Shown: positions 8,890 to 17,793 of the stretch, one piece after another
Position numbering within the stretch: position 1 is the first letter of the stretch
Layout of the letters: each line of letters opens with the position of its first letter
NCBI GenBank assembly: GCA_964469365.1
Contig: CAYXYO010000265.1
Span: 1-38,775 of the forward strand
Origin: an uncultured Desulfobacterales bacterium
GTDB lineage: Bacteria; Desulfobacterota; Dissulfuribacteria; Dissulfuribacterales; QOAL01
Length of the DNA: 38,775 nucleotides
Reading direction: 5' to 3'
Made by a program: the position numbers and the translations under genes
The notes under the pieces: model-generated
Told to the model about the DNA's origin: nothing
Database searches by the model: none
Seen by the model: only the letters and a program-made list of their open reading frames with translations

Positions 8890-9573
8890 TTAATCTTCAA
8901 CCATCCATACCTGTGCAATCGTGATGCCAGGTCCGTTATCTATTGCGAGTTCAGGCAGGCCGTCATCCCTGTAGGTTACTCCTGAGACTACGCCTGTTGT
9001 CCACAGGGTTGCCTTAAGGTCTTCTCCATTGTCATTAACAGCCCTGACATACACGGTATAATCTCCGGGAGGCACAGTGTCGCCATTCATGTCCGTGCCG
9101 TCCCAGTCCAGGCTGCTGCGACCGGCGGCAAGAAAACCTTTGTCCCATGAGGCAACCACATTGCCGTCACTATCCTTTATTGTGACATTACATTCGGCTG
9201 CCGCCTCATCCAGGCCGATGGAGAGTTTTTCAGGCCCTTCTTCTGTAACAGGCAGGTTGTTGCCCTCGTAACGCACCTTGTGACCGATCATGGAAACAGC
9301 GCTCATGGAAGTACGGGAGTTCTCTGCCTTTACCATATCCTCCATGGCGTCATTGTTCTTGTACATCAGGTCAACCATGTTGAACTGGGCAACCTGTGAA
9401 GCCATCTCCGCGCTTTCCATGGGGGCCATTGGATCCTGATACTGGAGCTGGGTTACAAAGAGTTTCATAAAATCATCCTTGTCAAGTGTGCCGTGTTCAG
9501 CGGCGGTCTCGTACCTGATCTCTTTCCCGCCAGGGGCCTGAAATATGTTGTTTTCAACTGAAGCGATAGCCAT
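8890..9573 (-). CDS. flgD: Flagellar hook assembly/capping protein FlgD
   Basis: Contains the FlgD N-terminal motif DDFMKLFVTQLQYQDPMAPMESAEMASQVAQFNMV. It also has an Ig-like domain: VTIKDSDGNVVASWDKG...LDWDGTDMNGDTVPPGDYTVYVRAVNDNGE. It sits between fliK and flgE. Confidence 0.95.
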   Translation of the reverse strand: MAIASVENNIFQAPGGKEIRYETAAEHGTLDKDDFMKLFVTQLQYQDPMAPMESAEMASQVAQFNMVDLMYKNNDAMEDMVKAENSRTSMSAVSMIGHKVRYEGNNLPVTEEGPEKLSIGLDEAAAECNVTIKDSDGNVVASWDKGFLAAGRSSLDWDGTDMNGDTVPPGDYTVYVRAVNDNGEDLKATLWTTGVVSGVTYRDDGLPELAIDNGPGITIAQVWMVED

Positions 9574-9601
9574 GACTTTTCCTTCCTGTTATATCAAGTT
9601 G

Positions 9602-11836
9602 TTACATTACCCTGTAAACCCCGGATTCCTGGACGGAATCCATGCCAAGGGCAGGGTTGTCGGGAATGTGCTCCTCATCATTCGCCATTACTGTCTCCCT
9701 GCCATGAAAAGCGCCGAAGCCCTGTTGTCCATGCCGACCGGCAAAAGTTTCCTGCTGTCCCACATCAACATTCGCGCTGCCAAGGGCATATCCGCTGTCT
9801 GCAAGATGGCCTCTCAAGGTGTCCAGGCCGGCATGGATGAGCTGTCTTGTGTCAGGATTGTCAGTGACAAAGACCGCTTTTATTTCATTGCCGCCATAGA
9901 CGGAAATACGAATTTTCACGCTGCCGAGCTCAGGCGGGTTAAGGTGAAGCACCGCCCTGGATCTGTTCATGCGGACAGCCTCTGTAATGCCCTGTTCAAG
10001 CTGACCGGCAACCCTGACGGCCTCCTCATCTCTTTTCATGTGTGTGTCAGCAGGTGGCGTATTGTTGCCGCGTATGGCCGCAGGCGTCTCTGCCGACCTG
10101 TTCTGTGCCGTGCGCTCAGCCCCGTCCATGACCCGGGTATCTGCAAGGCCGACCTCTTTGGGCCCTTTGTCTGAATGCTGCCCATGGAGATTGTTATCCA
10201 TGGATGCGGCGGTTTTCCCCGGCGTGACAGAAGAAACCATGATGGAGTCGTCAGGCATGTCGGACACGGAATCACCCCCTCCATGCCGGCTGTCAGAAAG
10301 GGTCACCATATCCCGGGCCGGGCCGGCGTCGCCTGACCGTTCCAGTGTTGATGAACGCGCCTTGCCATCTTCTGCTGGTATAGACATTGTCTGTGTATCT
10401 GGTTTGATTTCTGCTGCACTTGCATTGCTGCCAATTTTTTCTGGGGCAGCCATTTCAGCCACCACGTCAAGCTGTTCCAGATGTTCGAACTTCTCCAGCC
10501 CGGTACGTTGTCCAGAGGGATTGTCCGGCGCAATGTCTCTGTCTGTGTGGCCTGTAACGAGGGTTTTTGCCATGCCCTTTTCTGAAACAGCCTCTGCACG
10601 CAATCCCCCGGGTTCACTGTTTTTCATGCCGGGCAGGGCGCTGTCTTCAGACAGGGCAGGCATGTCCGTTGATTTGAAGTAAACGTCGCTTTCCGCTGAT
10701 TCCGTATTGACTGTATGTTTTTCAGCGTTTTTCCCGGTTGTATTAACGTCCTGGTAACTGTTGTCGCCTGAAGCGCCTGGCACCGTCTTTCTGGTCATGT
10801 TGCCGGATGACTGCGTTACAGGCCCTTCTGGCTGAAGACCTTGCAAAACAGAGACGCTGTTTTTCCCTTTTGCCGATGTCGGGAAAACAAGTGGCTGTTG
10901 GGGGACAAGCTGTTCATGTCCGGCTTCTGGCATTAGTGAAGCTGATTCCTCAGCGAGTTGGCGAGACAATGCTTCCAGGATGTTGTTATTGCGTTTTTTC
11001 CCCGAAAGTTCCTTTTTTTCAGGCTGAAAGTCAATGGCCCCGGCTTGTTTGCCCGTTGCCTTTGAATTGGCTGGAAACATCCCGGTTGAAATGGCCTGGC
11101 TGGAGTTTTCCCTGCCTGTATTCACATCACTGCCCTCTCCCTGGTTCAGGAGATGTGAAAATTCGCCATGTAACAACCTCGCAAGCTCTTCCTTCATGGA
11201 TATTGCGGGCCATCCGGACAGGCCTTCTTTTTGAGTATGAACGTCCGGCTTGTCCGGGGTTTCTGTTGTGTTTGCCCTCTTTTCATTCTCAGGGAGAGGG
11301 AGAAGATGGGAAGAGGTTTCCGGCAAGGCTGTTTTTTGCGTCTTTTCACCGGGAGCGCCGCTGTCTGACAGGAAATTGCCAGCCAACAGGTTCAGAACAG
11401 TTCCCGCAATTTTCTCCTGCTGTTCAGGGCGGTCAAAAACGGTTTTGAGATCATCCACCATCTGTTGAACAAGATTTTCACTGCTATCACCACCGGGGAT
11501 GTCCATGTTCTCCCGGATGGGATTTCCTGATAACAGGTCGATAAGGAACTGCATAAGTGACCGCCCCTCTTCAGGGGAGAGGGAACTTGCTGAAAATTGT
11601 TCCGCAAGCTCCCGGGGCAGCAGGCCTGATATTATCTCTGTCCCTTGCCGGGGGCCCCCTTCTGTTTTTTGCTCTGCCTTGTGGATATCCTGTCCGGGAA
11701 CAGCAATGGCGCCCAGCAGTTTTTCGAGAAAGGAGTCTCCGCCTTGCCCGGCATTTTTTTCCCCTGGAAAACCGCCAGTTGCTGTTTCAGCAGGTGAAAA
11801 ACTGCCTATGTTGGTTAAAAAAGGCATGAATGTCAT
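9602..11836 (-). CDS. fliK: Flagellar hook-length control protein FliK (long form, about 744 aa)
   Basis: The C-terminal Flg_hook-type domain reads AVLHLNPPELGSVKIRISVYGGNEIKAVFVTDNPDTRQLIHAGLDTLRGHLADSGYALGSANVDVGQQ. The central region is long, low-complexity and Pro/Ser/Glu/Gly-rich. The ORF track starts at TTG 11857. I prefer ATG 11836 (MTFMPFL...), which has SD ACGGAG 6 nt upstream. Confidence 0.85.
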   Translation of the reverse strand: MTFMPFLTNIGSFSPAETATGGFPGEKNAGQGGDSFLEKLLGAIAVPGQDIHKAEQKTEGGPRQGTEIISGLLPRELAEQFSASSLSPEEGRSLMQFLIDLLSGNPIRENMDIPGGDSSENLVQQMVDDLKTVFDRPEQQEKIAGTVLNLLAGNFLSDSGAPGEKTQKTALPETSSHLLPLPENEKRANTTETPDKPDVHTQKEGLSGWPAISMKEELARLLHGEFSHLLNQGEGSDVNTGRENSSQAISTGMFPANSKATGKQAGAIDFQPEKKELSGKKRNNNILEALSRQLAEESASLMPEAGHEQLVPQQPLVFPTSAKGKNSVSVLQGLQPEGPVTQSSGNMTRKTVPGASGDNSYQDVNTTGKNAEKHTVNTESAESDVYFKSTDMPALSEDSALPGMKNSEPGGLRAEAVSEKGMAKTLVTGHTDRDIAPDNPSGQRTGLEKFEHLEQLDVVAEMAAPEKIGSNASAAEIKPDTQTMSIPAEDGKARSSTLERSGDAGPARDMVTLSDSRHGGGDSVSDMPDDSIMVSSVTPGKTAASMDNNLHGQHSDKGPKEVGLADTRVMDGAERTAQNRSAETPAAIRGNNTPPADTHMKRDEEAVRVAGQLEQGITEAVRMNRSRAVLHLNPPELGSVKIRISVYGGNEIKAVFVTDNPDTRQLIHAGLDTLRGHLADSGYALGSANVDVGQQETFAGRHGQQGFGAFHGRETVMANDEEHIPDNPALGMDSVQESGVYRVM

Positions 11837-11988
11837 GGTTTGCTCCGTTTGTTTCAACAGGTGGTTGATAAAAAAATATCATACAAAAACAATATGTTAT
11901 CGTGTGGCTTGCAGGTGTTCCAAATTCATGAAGAGAAGATGTGTCGCCATCTGGATAACTTATGCGTATTTTCCTTTGCGCTTACATG

Positions 11989-12004
11989 GTGCAAGCTCCA
12001 TGCC
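11989..12004 (-). promoter_or_regulatory. Sigma-54 (-24/-12) promoter for the fliK-flgD-flgE operon
   Basis: The minus strand reads AGGCATGGAGCTTGCA, against consensus TGGCACG-N4-TTGCW. GG-N10-GC spacing is exact, and GGCA and TTGCA are conserved. The site is about 150 nt upstream of the fliK ATG. Confidence 0.55.
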
Positions 12005-12247
12005 TTGGTATTTTTGTGGTGGTGAAAAGGGAGTTGTAATGGGGTGTTTTGTTGTGTGAGTCTGCCGTCCTGTTTATTGTTGGCTGTAAAAATAAAGGAG
12101 AGAGGTTCTCTGCCATATTTTGTGGAAAGCCGGCCCCGTTCTCCATTTTATTTCATACAATTCCTTGATTTTTCCCATGAGACGGAATAAATAGTCTATT
12201 TTGAATAGCCTGATAAATAAAATTATATTCAGTCTGCTGTTATCGAG

Positions 12248-12275
12248 TTTACAAACCGGTTCTGAATGATAAGAT
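12248..12275 (+). promoter_or_regulatory. Candidate sigma-70 promoter for the epimerase/GT4 operon
   Basis: TTTACA-N16-TAAGAT sits in the AT-rich intergenic region, about 140 nt upstream of ATG 12418. Eye-matched only. Confidence 0.3.
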
Positions 12276-12417
12276 AATATTTATACTGTTTGATAACATT
12301 TGCGTATGCGAGTGATGAGGATAATATCTGTGCATTGTTTATATGGAGACTCCGGCAACAACTGACAGTTGAATCAGTGGAAATACGAAGGAACAATTCT
12401 TCCGGGAGAGAATATTA

Positions 12418-13386
12418 ATGAATATTTTATGCACTGGAGGGGCCGGTTTTATAGGTTCCCACCTCTGCGACTACCTGATAGAAAGAGGCGACCGGATCGC
12501 TGTAATTGATGATCTTTCAACAGGCAGCCTCGACAATATAGCGCACCATCAGGCCAATCCGGCCTTTGAATATGTGAATGACACCATCCTGAACGAGAAG
12601 ATCATGGAAAGGCTGGTGGAAGGATGTGACGCAATAATACATCTCGCCGCGGCGGTAGGCGTGAAGCATGTTATCAAGAATCCCCTCTCTTCCATAGAAA
12701 CCAATATCCTCGGAACCGAGATTGTTCTGCGTCTTGCCAACAGGTACAGAAAAAAGGTCCTTATAGCTTCCACGTCAGAGGTTTATGGAAAGCACATGCA
12801 CTCCCCCCTCAAGGAGGATGACAACATAATATATGGCCCTCCAAGCACCATGCGTTGGAGTTACGCCGCTGCAAAACTCCTGGATGAATTTACCGCCCTG
12901 GCATACCATCGCACCAAGAAACTGGATGCTGTCATCTTTCGCTGCTTCAACACCATCGGCCCGCGTCAGACAGGGTTGTACGGCATGGTGGTTCCAAGAT
13001 TCATTCAGCAGGCCCTTCGTGATGAGCCTCTGTCAGTATATGGCGACGGCAGCCAGACAAGGACATTCACCTATGTGGGGGATGTGGTGGAAGCCATTGT
13101 CCGTCTCCTGGATTGCGGCACCTGCGCCGGAGAAGTGGTGAACATCGGCGGAGATGAAGAGATTTCCATCATGGAGCTTGCCGAAAAGATAAGGGAAAAG
13201 ACCGGCAGCAGTTCTGAAATCAGGCTTATACCATATGAAGACGCCTATGGCCGGGATTTCGAGGATATGATGCGGCGGGTTCCCTCCCTTGAAAAACTCC
13301 GCTCCATGATAGATTTTGTTCCAAGCACCAAACTTGATGAGATACTTGATATTACAATAGAATACTTCCGTTCAAGGTCAGTCTGA
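12418..13386 (+). CDS. NAD-dependent nucleotide-sugar epimerase/dehydratase (extended SDR family)
   Basis: Rossmann motif ILCTGGAGFIGSHLCDYL; STSEVYG; catalytic YAAAK; GDGSQTRTFTYVGDVV. These are typical of UDP-sugar epimerase/decarboxylase-like enzymes. Exact substrate cannot be assigned. Confidence 0.85.
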   Translation: MNILCTGGAGFIGSHLCDYLIERGDRIAVIDDLSTGSLDNIAHHQANPAFEYVNDTILNEKIMERLVEGCDAIIHLAAAVGVKHVIKNPLSSIETNILGTEIVLRLANRYRKKVLIASTSEVYGKHMHSPLKEDDNIIYGPPSTMRWSYAAAKLLDEFTALAYHRTKKLDAVIFRCFNTIGPRQTGLYGMVVPRFIQQALRDEPLSVYGDGSQTRTFTYVGDVVEAIVRLLDCGTCAGEVVNIGGDEEISIMELAEKIREKTGSSSEIRLIPYEDAYGRDFEDMMRRVPSLEKLRSMIDFVPSTKLDEILDITIEYFRSRSV

Positions 13387-13408
13387 CCCTGTTTGAAGAT
13401 TTTCTACC

Positions 13409-15325
13409 ATGGAAACAGGATGGCTTGCAAGCGGGCTTCATTTTCTCACATCCTTTGCGCTGTGCGTGGCCCTTACGCCATGCATCATATGGGTGGCCCA
13501 CAGGATTCCCGGCCTTACTGCCGAACCGAGAAGCGACAGGTGGCATAAACGTCCGACAGCCCTTTATGGCGGCATTGCCATATTCCTTTCATATATCACC
13601 GCCTTTGTAATCTACCTGCCATGGTCCCTTCCCATGATAGCCATGGGAACAGGCGGTCTGCTCATATTCATGACCGGTCTCGCAGATGACATCTGGGAAC
13701 TTACCGCCCAGGCGAAATTTCTCGCCCAGATAGTTACCGCCACAATAGTTGTGACCATGGGCATAAGGTTTCACGCCATCAGCATCCCCGCCTTTGATAT
13801 TGTCTTTACCATATTGTGGATTGTGGGCATCACAAATGCCGTAAACATACTGGACAACATGGACGGGCTGGCCGCCGGGATATCAATGGTGGCGGCCACA
13901 TCCATTCTTGTGTATTGCCGCATACATAACGGGGCCCCTGACGTCGCTGTGCCTGCCGCGCTCCTGGCAGGTTCCTGCGCCGGTTTCTGGATATACAACT
14001 TTAACCCCGCCAAGATTTTCATGGGTGACTGCGGCAGCCTCTTTCTTGGCTTTACCCTTGCTTGCCTCACCGCGGTCGGCGCATGGAACAGCAATGCGGC
14101 ATGGCAGGATGCGGCATTTACCGGCTTTTCAAACCTTACCCTGCTTATGATAATTCCCCTTGCGGTTCTTGTAATACCCATATTTGACACTGCACTGGTC
14201 TCCTTTACCCGAACCCAGACAGGCAGGCCCATATACCAGGGCGGCAGGGACCACACATCCCACAGGCTGGTCATGCTCGGCTATTCGGAACGGCGCACAG
14301 TCATAACCCTGATGCTTATTTCCGTGGCCATGTCGGCAATGACCATGTATCTGTCCGAGCAGAGCATGGAAGGTCTCATGGTGGCCCTGAGCATTGTTGC
14401 CATTATCGCGCTCTTTTTCGGGGCCTTTCTGACCAACCTCAATACAGAAATATACCATTATGACAAAAACCCTTCGGAAAAACGGTCAATACTCGGACTT
14501 ATCCTCAACAAGAAACAGATACTTCAGGCTGTTATTGATATCATACTGATCTCCACCGCCTATATCACTGCCTATCTGCTCAAGTTCGACGGAACAATAT
14601 CAGACAGCAATCAGGCAATGATAGAAAAATCCCTGCCTGTCATCATTGCCATCAAGATATCTGTTTTCTGGCTCTTCGGCCTTTACAGGGGGCAGTGGCG
14701 TTTTGTAAGCATGGGAGATGTATGGAAGATCCTGAAGGCGGTCTTTATAAGCACCAGTATTGTAATGGGCGTGTTTCTGCTGGCATACCGTTTCCAGGGA
14801 TTTTCCAGGATAGTGTTTGTCATTGACGCGATGTTGACCCTTCTTCTGACAGGGGGCGTAAGGTTCATTTCACGTCATTTCAACGAGTATTTCATAATTC
14901 ACGCGGAAAGGCGGCACACCACGCCGATACTTATCTTCGGGGCCGGAGACGGCGGGGATCTTTTTCTCAGGGAACTGAGAAAAAGAAAGGGACACGATTT
15001 CCTGCCCGCCGGCTTTATAGATGACGACCCTGCCAAAAAGGGGCAGATTATTCACGGCGTAAAGGTCCTTGGTTCCCGCAGGGAGCTTCCCGCAATAATC
15101 AGGTCAAGGGGAATACGCAAGGTCTTTATCGCCATACTCTCGCCCCACGCCGGAAACCTTGATGAAATAAGGGAGATATGCGCAAAGGCGAATGTGCCAT
15201 GTCAGAGGATGCGGCCCCTTATTCCCCTTGACGATGCGGTTCAGGGTCAAGGTGGGGGCGGAAGACATGAGCGGACAAAAATCATAAAACTTCAGGGAAG
15301 GAAAAGGGCTGATAAGAAGACATGA
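13409..15325 (+). CDS. Polyprenyl-phosphate sugar-1-phosphate transferase (MraY/WecA GT4 family) fused to a C-terminal 4-TM + Rossmann-like (CoA-binding-type) module
   Basis: The N-terminal half is polytopic and carries the GT4 motifs DDIWEL and NAVNILDNMDGLAAG. The C-terminal half (from about aa 360) has TM helices followed by ILIFGAGDGGDLFLRELRKRKGHDFLPAGFIDDDPAKKGQIIHGVKVLG. That arrangement is typical of the N-terminal regions of WbaP/CapD(WbpM)-type proteins. Confidence 0.8.
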   Translation: METGWLASGLHFLTSFALCVALTPCIIWVAHRIPGLTAEPRSDRWHKRPTALYGGIAIFLSYITAFVIYLPWSLPMIAMGTGGLLIFMTGLADDIWELTAQAKFLAQIVTATIVVTMGIRFHAISIPAFDIVFTILWIVGITNAVNILDNMDGLAAGISMVAATSILVYCRIHNGAPDVAVPAALLAGSCAGFWIYNFNPAKIFMGDCGSLFLGFTLACLTAVGAWNSNAAWQDAAFTGFSNLTLLMIIPLAVLVIPIFDTALVSFTRTQTGRPIYQGGRDHTSHRLVMLGYSERRTVITLMLISVAMSAMTMYLSEQSMEGLMVALSIVAIIALFFGAFLTNLNTEIYHYDKNPSEKRSILGLILNKKQILQAVIDIILISTAYITAYLLKFDGTISDSNQAMIEKSLPVIIAIKISVFWLFGLYRGQWRFVSMGDVWKILKAVFISTSIVMGVFLLAYRFQGFSRIVFVIDAMLTLLLTGGVRFISRHFNEYFIIHAERRHTTPILIFGAGDGGDLFLRELRKRKGHDFLPAGFIDDDPAKKGQIIHGVKVLGSRRELPAIIRSRGIRKVFIAILSPHAGNLDEIREICAKANVPCQRMRPLIPLDDAVQGQGGGGRHERTKIIKLQGRKRADKKT

Positions 15326-16752
15326 CAGATAGAAAATTCAATAAAACAGAGATAAAAAAGCTGGCCAAACAAGTTGTGGCGGAAAAAAAGGGCGCATGGG
15401 AACAATGCCGGGCCTCTGAAAAGAAGGAAATTTTCAAATATGCGGAACATTACATGGCCTTTCTCTCCATGGTCAAGACAGAAAGGGAGGCCGTGGATTT
15501 TATCAGGAAGGAGGCCATGTCAAGGCGTTTCCGGGAACCCGGCAAGGGAGGATCGAAAAAACTCTTCTGGTCGTTCAGGGGAAAAAGCGCCGCCCTTGCG
15601 GTAACCGGGGCCAGGCCGGTGTCAGAGGGCATAAGGATAGTGGCCTCGCACATAGACGCGCCGCGCCTTGACCTCAAGCCCAATCCCCTTTACGAGGATA
15701 TGGAAATGGCCTTTCTGAAGACCCATTACTACGGTGGAATCAAAAAATTCCAGTGGCTCTGCCGTCCCCTGGCGATACACGGTCTTTTTATCAAAGGAGA
15801 TGGCGAGGAACTCAACCTTGTTATGGGAGAAGATGAAAGTGGGCCGGTTTTCACCATCAACGACCTGCTTCCACACCTGGCAGGCAAGGTTCAGGCAACA
15901 AAAAAGCTGCGTGAGGCCATACCCGGTGAAAAACTCAACCTGCTTGTGGGCGGCATCCCCATAAACGGTCCCGTGGGGACAAAGGAAAAAATCAAGCTCT
16001 CCATACTTGAGTTGCTTAACAGGAAATATGGCTTGACAGAACATGATTTCACATGCGCTGAGATAGAGATTGTCCCTGCCGGCAGGGCAAGGGAGATCGG
16101 TTTTGACAGGGCGTTTGTCGGGGGCTACGGTCAGGATGACAGGTCTTGCGCCTATGCTTCATTAAAGGCCCTTTTTGAAACAGTGTCTCCTGAATATACC
16201 TGCGTGGCCCTGTTCCTGGACAAGGAGGAGACAGGCAGCGACGGCAATACAGGCGCTAAATCAAGGTTCATTGAAAAGATAATATTTGACCTTGTGAGGA
16301 ACGAAGGGACAGAGCTCAGGCCGGACTCCCTCACAAACATATTTTTTAACAGCCTTGCCATTTCCGCTGATGTCACCGCAGGCATGGACCCTGACTATAT
16401 GGATGTCCATGAAAAAAACAATGACGCCATGATAGGCCACGGCATATCACTTTCCAAATATACCGGATCAGGGGGCAAATACTCTGCCAATGACGCAAAC
16501 GCCGAATATCTGAGCTGGATAAGACAGGTGTGGAACAGGGCTGGTGTCGCTTGGCAGGCAGGGGAGATGGGAAAGGTTGATGAGGGCGGAGGAGGCACCA
16601 TTGCCAAGCATCTTGCCGCCCACGGCATGGAGGTGGTGGATGCCGGAACGCCCCTTTTAAGCATGCATTCCCCCTTTGAGATTGCCCACAAGGCAGACCT
16701 TTACATGACATTCAGGGCATATCACGCCTTTTTTTCAGCGCATGGAGAATGA
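15322..16752 (+). CDS. M18-family aminopeptidase (aminopeptidase 1 / aspartyl aminopeptidase-like)
   Basis: Motifs: RIVASHIDAPRLDLKPNPLYED, LKTHYYGGIKKFQW, DKEETGSDGNTGAKS, SMHSPFE. The ATGA start overlaps the stop of the upstream gene. Confidence 0.85.
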   Translation: MTDRKFNKTEIKKLAKQVVAEKKGAWEQCRASEKKEIFKYAEHYMAFLSMVKTEREAVDFIRKEAMSRRFREPGKGGSKKLFWSFRGKSAALAVTGARPVSEGIRIVASHIDAPRLDLKPNPLYEDMEMAFLKTHYYGGIKKFQWLCRPLAIHGLFIKGDGEELNLVMGEDESGPVFTINDLLPHLAGKVQATKKLREAIPGEKLNLLVGGIPINGPVGTKEKIKLSILELLNRKYGLTEHDFTCAEIEIVPAGRAREIGFDRAFVGGYGQDDRSCAYASLKALFETVSPEYTCVALFLDKEETGSDGNTGAKSRFIEKIIFDLVRNEGTELRPDSLTNIFFNSLAISADVTAGMDPDYMDVHEKNNDAMIGHGISLSKYTGSGGKYSANDANAEYLSWIRQVWNRAGVAWQAGEMGKVDEGGGGTIAKHLAAHGMEVVDAGTPLLSMHSPFEIAHKADLYMTFRAYHAFFSAHGE

Positions 16753-16815
16753 ACCCCGGAAAGCGGCATCCTGCTGTTTCCCAACGTCCCAACATATCAG
16801 ACAGGAGAATCTGAG

Positions 16816-17793
16816 ATGAAAATAAGAAAACCCGACTTTGTCATCCTGGACGATTTTTTCAGGAACGGCAGACTGCTGGAGCAGATAGAGAGGTGCGGCA
16901 GGGTCTGTTACAAAAGCGAGGACAAGATAACAGAGGAATCCGCAGGACCCTTTATCAGGGGTATTGTGAAACGCGGACATGAGTCTGTCCTGGAGATGGC
17001 GCAGATTGTCTGCAGGGCGGAAAGCCCGAACCCGGAACATTTTGCCTCGTTTTTCGAGCAGATACCCAGGTTTTGCCAGGCAGACAGGACAGGGCCCCAT
17101 GAGTTCCTCATATCAGGAAATCCACGTTCATTCCGTGACCTTGCAAAACGTCTGCCCGACCTTCCCCTGGTTCGGGCCATGATCGCACCGATGGCGGAAA
17201 GGTGGCCTGTGCTCTTCCAGGAGTTCGCAAGCGCCGGGAAGCCTGCCGGTGGAGCGTCCCCGGGGGAAATCGCGGTCTCCATCCTTTCTCCCGGGGAAAC
17301 AGACTCGTTGCCCGTCAACCTGCTGCGGAAACACCGTGCGCTTCTGATACATATTACTGTAAACAGGGCGGTAACCCATGAACTTGTGCGGCACAGGGTA
17401 GCGTCCTATCTGCAGGAATCCCAGCGTTACTGCCGTTACGGTGAAGACCGTTTCGGCGGTGAGGTGGCCTTTATAAAACCGTGTTTTTTTGAGGAAGGCA
17501 CGGAAGAATATGAGAAATGGAAAAGGGCCATGGAGGAGACGGAAAGGCTCTATCTTGAGCTGCTGAAGACCAGTTCCCCACAGGCGGCCCGCACGGTTCT
17601 TCCAACCTCATGCAAGCCGGAAATAATGGCGCACGCCACACTTGAGGAGTGGGAGCACATATTCCGTCTCAGGGCCTCTGCCGCGGCGGACCCTTCCATG
17701 AGAGAGATAATGAAGATGATTCTGCCTGCCTGCGCGGCAAAGTTTCCAGCCATATTTTCCGAACTGGCTGAACAGGCCAACCCTGAACAATGA
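16816..17793 (+). CDS. thyX: FAD-dependent thymidylate synthase ThyX
   Basis: ThyX signature THELVRHRVASYLQESQRY (RHRxxSxxxxSxRY). N-terminal CGRVCYKSE...KRGHESVLEMA. At 325 aa it is longer than many ThyX proteins. Confidence 0.9.
   Translation: MKIRKPDFVILDDFFRNGRLLEQIERCGRVCYKSEDKITEESAGPFIRGIVKRGHESVLEMAQIVCRAESPNPEHFASFFEQIPRFCQADRTGPHEFLISGNPRSFRDLAKRLPDLPLVRAMIAPMAERWPVLFQEFASAGKPAGGASPGEIAVSILSPGETDSLPVNLLRKHRALLIHITVNRAVTHELVRHRVASYLQESQRYCRYGEDRFGGEVAFIKPCFFEEGTEEYEKWKRAMEETERLYLELLKTSSPQAARTVLPTSCKPEIMAHATLEEWEHIFRLRASAAADPSMREIMKMILPACAAKFPAIFSELAEQANPEQ

Noticed and set aside
9545-12059. Several 180-215-aa plus-strand ORFs (9545..10174, 10038..10682, 10807..11448, 11499..12059)
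   Set aside because: All are antisense to fliK, whose low-complexity sequence leaves the opposite strand open. None has an SD or known motifs.
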